A DNA stretch of 64,000 nt from Myxococcota bacterium (GTDB lineage: Bacteria > Myxococcota_A > Polyangia > Nannocystales > Nannocystaceae), in the NCBI GenBank assembly GCA_039028615.1, contig JBCCHT010000005.1, forward strand, positions 192,001-256,000, written 5' to 3'. How positions within the stretch are numbered: the first letter of the stretch is position 1; the number at the start of each line of letters is the position of its first letter. Both the position numbers and the translations under genes were made by a program. The notes below the pieces were generated by a model. It searched no databases. It saw only the letters and a list, made by a program, of their open reading frames with translations, and was not told the DNA's origin. Positions 57,424 to 64,000 of this stretch are shown here, in pieces.

Positions 57424-59163
57424 GTGGATCGCCAGCGCCCCCGCAGCACGTCCAACGCCATCGACCTGTATATCCGGACCTACTACTCGCTGCTTCGAAG
57501 CTCGGGTGAGGTGCGCGTGCGTGCGTTCGAAGAGGCGCATGCATACAGCAACTCCAGCCTGCATACGGGCGCCCTGGAGGCAACGCCCGACGTCGCGGCC
57601 TTCGCCTACAGCGCGGCGCGCTTGCCCGGCTGCATGACGGGGGTGCGGCGGTTGATCGCGGGGCAGTCGGTCGAGCAGTTCGAGCGCGCCGGGCATGCGG
57701 TGCGGGACTGGACGTCGGTGCTCACCCGCGGGCGACGGCGTCCGCATCGCTGGGATGAAGGGGAAACCCTTGCGGTGTTCGTGACGAGTGCCTCGGACAT
57801 CGACGATCTCGTACCCATCGTTACGGCCTATCAGATCGAGTGGAACAAGATGCATGCGCGGCTCGCCCGGAGCGCGCTGGGGCAATCGCTCGCGGAGGGC
57901 ACGGCGATCGACGAGGCGACCATCGACGACGAACTCGGCCAGACGCTGGGGCTGGAGCCGGCCGACGTCGACTCGCTGCGCAAGGCACTCGGACCCGAGC
58001 TGCAGGAAGGCTTGGCCGCGATTGCGGCGGGTCGGAGGGATCTGCGGCTCAAGCTGTTGGCGGGCACGCTGCTCGAGTACCGACGCGCGACGCGACGGTG
58101 GTGGCATGGCATCGAAGGCGCCTACCAAGCGCCGTCGTCCGAGCCTCGGCCCGTGTACTTCGTGTCCTCCAATACCCATGCGTTCTGCAACCTGGTGGGG
58201 GGCTACGCGCGGGCGCACCTCGACCGGATCTTCGCGTTCGCGCGCGAGGTGGACTTCGAGGAACTCACCTCGCGCATCGACCAGGCCGAAGCCGACGGGG
58301 ACCAGGTCGAGGTGTTCAACCTGGCCTACTACCTGCTGCGCCAGTACATCGCGGCCGAGCCCGGGCAATCGCAGCGCCGCATGGAGGAGGTGCAGGCCTT
58401 CGACCGGGAGTGCGGCATCTCGACGCTGAGCTCACCCGGGCACCTCGACGTCAACGCGCAGCTGTTCAGCCTTCGCGATCTTCGGCCCGACCGGCTCGAT
58501 CCTCGGGTGCACGTCGACGGGATCGAGGCCTTGGCCCAAAGCGACGCGGTCATCATCAACATCGACTATCCGCTGGGCATGGCGGCGTATCACCACCTGA
58601 CCCAGCTCGCCGAAGGGGTGGGGGAGATTCGCGGGGTCTACGTCGTGGGCAAGGCGGCGACGCTCAACGGCAAGGTCGGCGACGTCATGCTCTCCACGGC
58701 TGCCTTTGACGAGCACTCGGAGAACACCTACCTGTTCCGCAACTGCTTCGACGCCGCCGACGTGGCTCGCTACGTGCGGCACGGGACGGTGCTCGACAAC
58801 CAAAAGGCGTTGACCGTTCGCGGCTCGTTCCTGCAAAACCGCGAGACGATGAACGTGTTTTATCGCGAGGGCTACACGGTGATGGAGATGGAGGCGGGAC
58901 CGTACCTGTCCGCGATCTACGAGATGGTCCACCCGACGCGGCACCCCACCGACGAGATCGTGCACCTGAGCAACCTGCTGCCCTTCGAGTTCGGCTTGCT
59001 CCATTACGCTTCGGACACGCCGTACTCGCGACGGCAGAGCTTGCTGTCCAAGAGCCTCAGCTACTTCGGGATGGAGGCGACCTACGGCTGCGCCATGGCG
59101 ACGCTGCGGCGCATCCTGCAGCGCGAAGTGGAGCACGTGCGCGGCGGGTCGACGAGCAAGTAG
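57424..59163 (+). CDS. Conserved hypothetical (DUF6909-like) protein with nucleoside phosphorylase-like C-terminus
   Basis: AIDLYIRTYYSLLRS; YFVSSNTH; INIDYPLG; GKAATLNG.VGD, MEMEAGPY, HYASDTP. Confidence 0.7.
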   Translation: MDRQRPRSTSNAIDLYIRTYYSLLRSSGEVRVRAFEEAHAYSNSSLHTGALEATPDVAAFAYSAARLPGCMTGVRRLIAGQSVEQFERAGHAVRDWTSVLTRGRRRPHRWDEGETLAVFVTSASDIDDLVPIVTAYQIEWNKMHARLARSALGQSLAEGTAIDEATIDDELGQTLGLEPADVDSLRKALGPELQEGLAAIAAGRRDLRLKLLAGTLLEYRRATRRWWHGIEGAYQAPSSEPRPVYFVSSNTHAFCNLVGGYARAHLDRIFAFAREVDFEELTSRIDQAEADGDQVEVFNLAYYLLRQYIAAEPGQSQRRMEEVQAFDRECGISTLSSPGHLDVNAQLFSLRDLRPDRLDPRVHVDGIEALAQSDAVIINIDYPLGMAAYHHLTQLAEGVGEIRGVYVVGKAATLNGKVGDVMLSTAAFDEHSENTYLFRNCFDAADVARYVRHGTVLDNQKALTVRGSFLQNRETMNVFYREGYTVMEMEAGPYLSAIYEMVHPTRHPTDEIVHLSNLLPFEFGLLHYASDTPYSRRQSLLSKSLSYFGMEATYGCAMATLRRILQREVEHVRGGSTSK

Positions 59164-59371
59164 CGCTGCGCCTCGCGTTTCGGCGCGGTCGCGCCGGTTT
59201 GGCCCCGACGCCCACGTTCACGGCGTTTTCCGGGGGACCTCCGTGCCCCGACGGGCGGTGGGGGGCTCGGTCGCCTTGCATCGGGCGACCGTGACTGCGA
59301 AAACAAAAACCTCAGTGGCTGCGGCCGTCCCGAGTTTGTTGTCGGGCGTGGTGCGGCCAGGAGACTTAGCC

Positions 59372-60889
59372 ATGAAACGACGAAGCTTGATCTTGATCGG
59401 TGCCCTCGTTCCCGCGCTGGGGTGCCCCGGAGACGACTCGACGGTGACCGGGGGCCAAGGCGGTACCGGAGACACCAGCTCCACCGGTGGTTCGGACGAG
59501 GAGTCCGTCACCAACCCCATGACCCCCGACACGGCCGACGCGACCGGTAGCTCGGGCGAGGACAGCCTCGACGACACCGGGACCACCGCGGCCCCGCTGG
59601 ACTGCGGCAACGGGATGATCGACGACGGGGAAGAGTGCGACGACGGCAAAGAGTCGCCCGAGTGCAACGACGACTGCACGCTGGCGGCCTGTGGTGACGG
59701 CATCGTCAACACCGCGGCGGGCGAGGCCTGCGAAGAAGGGGGCGAGACGAAGACGTGCAACGACGATTGCACCGCGGCTACCTGCGGTGACGGCGTGCTC
59801 AACGAGACCGCGGGCGAGCTCTGCGACGACGCGGGAGAGTCCGAGACCTGTGATGCCGATTGCACCGAGTCGACCTGCGGCGATGGCTACATCAACGTGA
59901 CCGCGTCAGAGCAGTGTGACGACGGCAACGAGGTCGATTTCGATTTCTGCAGCGCCACGTGCATCCCCGCGCCCGCGGTCTTGCTGGAGACCTTCCACAT
60001 CCTCGACACCGACACGGGGGAACTCGATGACGTGCCGCTCGCCCACTGGGACTCCGCCACGGGCACCTGGTACTCGAGCGGCTTCGAGATTGCTCCCGGG
60101 GCGGTACTCATCGCGCGCGGTTCCTTGCCCCTGACCCTCGAGGTCAACGGACCGGTGGACATCAACGGCATCATCGACGTGTCCGGCGAGGACGGGGGCG
60201 GGGCCTACACGGCGATGGGAGAAAACTGCGACACGGCCGGCCTGGGCGGTGACGGTGGGGCCGGGGGCTTTCCCGGCGGCCACGGAGCGGGATTCGGTGG
60301 CTCGAGCACGGTGGACGGTTTGCCCGGAGGCGGCCCCGGCATGAATCCGGCGACCGGGGGCCTGGCGTCGACGGTGACCGACACGGGCTTCGCGGGGGCC
60401 GGCGGCGGCGGTGGTGGCCATGCCATGGCCGGCGCCGACGGTGCGTCGTCCGCCGATGCCACGCCGGGCATGGGGGGCGAGATGCACATGAGCCTGCCTC
60501 CGCTCGTCGGTGGCGGCGGTGGAGGTGGCGGTAGCGTGGAGAAAGAAGGCGACCCGGGAGAGGCGCTCGTTGCCGCCGATGATGAAGGGACCGGCGGTGG
60601 CGGGGGCGGAGGCGCGATCGCGATCCACTCCACCGTGTCGATCACCGTGAACGGCACCATCGACGCCTCGGGTGGCAACGCGGGCACGGACGCGGGCTGC
60701 GGCGAGAACCGGGGGCTCGGCGGCGGTGGAGCAGGCGGGGCCATCGAGCTCGACTCGCCTTCCACCGACGTCGCGATGGGCGAGCTGAACATCAGCGGTG
60801 GCCTGGGCGGCGTGCCCCAGTTCAACCAAACCGACGCGGCGGGCCTGGCTGGCGGCGACGGTTCCGAAGGCGTCCTGTCCGTGATGTGA
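59372..60889 (+). CDS. Lipoprotein with myxobacterial Cys-rich repeats (DUF4215-like) and glycine-rich C-terminal domain
   Basis: AGGAG RBS; lipobox ALG-C; four CG(N/D)G..E.C(D/E)(D/E)..C...C repeats; poly-Gly tracts GGGGGGGAI, GGGGAGGAI. Confidence 0.8.
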   Translation: MKRRSLILIGALVPALGCPGDDSTVTGGQGGTGDTSSTGGSDEESVTNPMTPDTADATGSSGEDSLDDTGTTAAPLDCGNGMIDDGEECDDGKESPECNDDCTLAACGDGIVNTAAGEACEEGGETKTCNDDCTAATCGDGVLNETAGELCDDAGESETCDADCTESTCGDGYINVTASEQCDDGNEVDFDFCSATCIPAPAVLLETFHILDTDTGELDDVPLAHWDSATGTWYSSGFEIAPGAVLIARGSLPLTLEVNGPVDINGIIDVSGEDGGGAYTAMGENCDTAGLGGDGGAGGFPGGHGAGFGGSSTVDGLPGGGPGMNPATGGLASTVTDTGFAGAGGGGGGHAMAGADGASSADATPGMGGEMHMSLPPLVGGGGGGGGSVEKEGDPGEALVAADDEGTGGGGGGGAIAIHSTVSITVNGTIDASGGNAGTDAGCGENRGLGGGGAGGAIELDSPSTDVAMGELNISGGLGGVPQFNQTDAAGLAGGDGSEGVLSVM

Positions 60890-61105
60890 GCGGCGCTACT
60901 CGAGCATGTCCTCGACGAAGATGGGGGGCGACACGGACCCCGCGAACTTGCGGGTCGAGTGACCAAACGACATCAGCGTCAACGAGGGCGTGCCCGGGGC
61001 GCCTCCGGCCGGGCCGTGGGCACAGACCCGGTGGGGCGCGTTCCGTAGGCCCGAAGCCGCGGTGCGCTGACGCCCCCGTCTGTGAAGGGCGGAGCTACGC
61101 GCGAC

Positions 61106-63151
61106 TCAGTCGTCGGCGGGCGCTTCTTCGATCTCCCAGCGCTCGAAAACGGGCGGGGAGGCGTCGACCTCGACGAGGAACCGGCTCGGTCGCAGCAGCT
61201 TCATCGGCCCGTCGCGCGACTCCTCGAGCGTCGGGTAGCACAGATAAAGCTCGTCCGCGGCGCGGGTGGTGGCGACGTAGAACAGGCGTCGCTCTTCCTC
61301 GAGGTCGGGAGGGCTCCGCAGCGCCTGCGCGCCGGGGAAGCGCCCGTCGGCCATCCACAGGATGAAGGTGATCGGCCACTCGAGTCCCTTGGCTTGGTGC
61401 ACGGTGGACAGGATCAGCATGTCGTCGGGCTCGCCGCCCGCGACGACGTTCTCTGCGGTGACGCCCTGCACGAGCGCGACCTCGTCGAGGAAGAGCCGGC
61501 TATCCGCGTAGCGATCGGCGTACGTGGCCAGGTGCTCGAGGTCTTCGCGGCGGGTGGGCGCGTTGCTGAAGGTGCGATCGGCGTACTCGCCGTAGTGCGC
61601 CTCGACGATGCGCCGCAGGGCTTCCCCGGGCCCGGCCAAGCCGGTCTCCTGCTCGAGCGTGGCCCACAGCTGGGCGAGCTTGGCGAGCGCCTCTTTGCCG
61701 CGACCACGGGCCTTCTTCGCGGCCGTCTCGAGGATCTCGGCGGGCGGGGGCACGACCCATGGATCCTCGGGCGGGGTCTCGCCCTCGGGGACCATGCCGG
61801 CGAGGCGAGCAGCGATTTTTTCTGCCGTCTGGGCCCCGACCCCGGGCCACTGCCGCAAAAGTCGTACCCACGACAGGCCATCGCGGGGGTTCTCGCGGGC
61901 GCGCAGGTAGGCGACGACGTCCTTGATGTGGGCCTGCTCGAAGAACTTGACCCCGCTGCGCACGCCAAAGGGAATCTGCCGTCGCGACAGCTCGACCTGC
62001 AGCTCGAGGCTGTGGCTGTGGTTGCGGTAGAGCACGGCCATCTTGCGCAGGGGCAGGCCTTGCTCGTGGTGCAGCTCGAGCACGCGCTGGGCGACCAGCT
62101 CGGCCTGCTGGTAGACGTCGCGCAGCGGGATGACGGCCGGCACCATGCCGTCTTGCTTGACTGCACGCAGCTGCTTGGGGTGCTGGCGACGGTTCTGCGC
62201 GATGCAGCGGTTGGCGAGCCCGAGGATCTGCGGCGTGGAGCGATAGTTGATGGTCAGCTCCAAGACCTTGGCGTCGGGATGGCGCTGGGTGAAGCCGGCG
62301 ATCTGCTCGAAGTCGGCGCCGCGAAACGCATAGATCGACTGGGCGTCGTCACCCACCGCGGTCAGGCTCTGGCAGCGCGCGGCCATGCGATCGCATAGCG
62401 CCCCCTGCAGCGCGTTGATGTCCTGGTACTCGTCGACGAGCACGTGGTCGCACATGCCCTCCAGCTCGCGGGCGGTCTCGGCGTGCTTGGGGTCGTGCAG
62501 CAGCTCGTGCCAGCGCACCAGCAGGTCGTCGAAGTCGCACAGGTTCATGGCGCGCTTGCGCTGGTGGTAGCGCTGCAGCACGTCCTCGATGGCCGCCGTC
62601 TGGTCCATCATGCGGGGCAAGTGGGCGGCGATGACCTCGGCCACGGGCAATCGGGTGCCGCGGGCGAGGCTGCCCAGGCGCATGACCTGCTTGGGCGGAG
62701 GAAAGCGGCGGGCGGTTAGGCGCTTGAGGCCGAGCTCGCCGACGATGGAGGTCAGCAGGGTGCGCGCGTCCTCGGGGTCGAGGATGCCGAAGTCGGGCGC
62801 CATGCCCAGCGCATCGGCGTGCAGTCGCAACAGGCGGTTGCCGATGTGGTGGAAGGTGCCCGCCAGGCAGCGCCGCATGTCGATGGTGAGCAGGGCCTCG
62901 ACGCGCTCCACCATCTCTCGGGCGGCCCGATTGGTGAAGGTGCACAGCATGATGCGCTCGGGCGGACAGCCCCCGGCCACCAAGCGAGCGACGCGGTAGG
63001 TCAGCGTGCGGGTCTTGCCCGTGCCCGCGCCCGCGATGACGAGCAGGTTGCCCGAGCCCGCCTCTACCACCGCGCGCTGCTGCGGATTGAGATCGGCATC
63101 GGCGTCGAAGGGGGCGCGCTTGGGCGCAGCGGTCTTGAGCGTGTACTTCAC
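61106..63151 (-). CDS. UvrD/Rep/PcrA-family ATP-dependent DNA helicase
   Basis: AGAGTGKT, TFTNRAA, VDEYQD, VGDDAQSIY.FRGA, NYRS, STVHQAKGLEW, EERRLFYVATTRA; alternative start TTG 63184. Confidence 0.93.
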   Translation of the reverse strand: MKYTLKTAAPKRAPFDADADLNPQQRAVVEAGSGNLLVIAGAGTGKTRTLTYRVARLVAGGCPPERIMLCTFTNRAAREMVERVEALLTIDMRRCLAGTFHHIGNRLLRLHADALGMAPDFGILDPEDARTLLTSIVGELGLKRLTARRFPPPKQVMRLGSLARGTRLPVAEVIAAHLPRMMDQTAAIEDVLQRYHQRKRAMNLCDFDDLLVRWHELLHDPKHAETARELEGMCDHVLVDEYQDINALQGALCDRMAARCQSLTAVGDDAQSIYAFRGADFEQIAGFTQRHPDAKVLELTINYRSTPQILGLANRCIAQNRRQHPKQLRAVKQDGMVPAVIPLRDVYQQAELVAQRVLELHHEQGLPLRKMAVLYRNHSHSLELQVELSRRQIPFGVRSGVKFFEQAHIKDVVAYLRARENPRDGLSWVRLLRQWPGVGAQTAEKIAARLAGMVPEGETPPEDPWVVPPPAEILETAAKKARGRGKEALAKLAQLWATLEQETGLAGPGEALRRIVEAHYGEYADRTFSNAPTRREDLEHLATYADRYADSRLFLDEVALVQGVTAENVVAGGEPDDMLILSTVHQAKGLEWPITFILWMADGRFPGAQALRSPPDLEEERRLFYVATTRAADELYLCYPTLEESRDGPMKLLRPSRFLVEVDASPPVFERWEIEEAPADD

Positions 63152-63238
63152 CGGGATGTGCGCCCTCGTCGGGTCGCGGCGCAACTTTAGCCCAGCGATC
63201 CAGGCGGGGCGATGGGCCCGGCGGGCGGGCAGAGCCGC

Positions 63239-64000
63239 TCAGTCGGGGTCCGCGCAGCAGCGAAACCCGGTGGAGTAGTCCCAGTGGCTCACCCCGTGGG
63301 CGGTGGTCGCATACAGGCAGCCGGGGCCGTTGATCGCGGTATCGGCAAAGAACCCGCCGCGGAAGGTGCCCTCGGGATCGGACGTCCACTCGTGCAGGTT
63401 TCCCATCATGTCGAAGGCGCCCTCGCTCGTCACGCAGTCGGCGTGGCGCCCGGTCACGTGCAGGCTGTCGGGGATCTGCGAGATGCACGGGTGCCCCAAC
63501 TCCGACCAGATCCACTCCTCGCTGGTGCCGAAGTACTCGATGGCGGGATGCATCGCGCGCGCATCGTTGCAGCGGCCGGGCACGAGCCGATCCCCGTAGG
63601 GGAAGGTGGTGTTGGCCGCGCCCTGGCACGCGCGCAGCCACTCGGTGTTGGTGCACAGCCGCTTGCCAGCCTCGCTGCACGCCGCCGCGGCTTGGACCTG
63701 ATTGATGTAGCCCTGGGGGATCGCACCCGGCAGCGAGACGGCGCGGACCCGCGTGTCGCCCGGGTTGAAGTAGGGCGAGTGGTGCCCGAGCTGGCGGCCT
63801 TCGTCGTCGACGATCACCAGCGCGGCTTCGTGGCGATCGATGCAGAAGCCGTCGCTGAGCAGCATGCCCGCGGGGCAGCCCGCGTCGCCGGGCGCTTCGA
63901 CCAGCCCTTCGTTGGGGGTGGGCATGGCGGTCTCGTCGCAGGCGGTCGCCGGATCGGTGCAGCACTGGATCGTCGCATCGCCCGGACACAGGCCGGGCGT
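63239..64000 (-). CDS. FGE/SUMF1-like (formylglycine-generating enzyme family) domain protein, 5' end outside the window
   Basis: FCIDRHE, GKRLCTNTEWLRAC, FPYG, DMMGNLHEW, TGFRCC; frame open to 64000. Confidence 0.85.
   Translation of the reverse strand, partial: TPGLCPGDATIQCCTDPATACDETAMPTPNEGLVEAPGDAGCPAGMLLSDGFCIDRHEAALVIVDDEGRQLGHHSPYFNPGDTRVRAVSLPGAIPQGYINQVQAAAACSEAGKRLCTNTEWLRACQGAANTTFPYGDRLVPGRCNDARAMHPAIEYFGTSEEWIWSELGHPCISQIPDSLHVTGRHADCVTSEGAFDMMGNLHEWTSDPEGTFRGGFFADTAINGPGCLYATTAHGVSHWDYSTGFRCCADPD

Noticed and set aside
60896..60973. 25-codon minus-strand ORF (MSFGHSTRKF...) and 11-codon ORF at 52470 as candidate RiPP precursors
   Set aside because: No RBS, no HxS repeats, no supporting features
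1..64000. CRISPR arrays, tRNA/rRNA genes, transposases, integrases
   Set aside because: None recognised by eye; all tandem repeats seen are in-frame linkers. A covariance-model search was not possible

Overview
High-GC bacterial chromosomal DNA with a strong myxobacterial signature, most like Nannocystaceae/Polyangia (inferred from eight MYXO-CTERM-like surface proteins, Cys-rich lipoproteins, an ECF sigma/Ser-Thr kinase pair and rplC outside the S10 operon). About 53 CDS; no rRNA, tRNA, CRISPR array or mobile element was recognised. Housekeeping genes (rplC, rlmE, tatD, holB, pspA, UvrD-like helicase, RND pump) are mixed with secreted hydrolases and regulators. Main points: (1) an atypical His-Xaa-Ser radical-SAM system (hxsD-hxsB plus a separate HxsC-like enzyme) with no canonical precursor in the window; (2) a PilZ protein translationally coupled to a FliA/WhiG-type sigma factor, near an orphan miniature SctJ/FliF-like lipoprotein; (3) a stand-alone imuA with a LexA-type palindrome filling the -35/-10 spacer; (4) a repeated TAnnnT-N6/7-start pattern suggesting leaderless mRNAs; (5) surface enzymes with eukaryote-like domains or altered metal sites (GPI-PLD-like, lysyl oxidase, LPMO-like, CxCH cytochrome-like). 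All family calls come from motif recognition by eye, not database searches.
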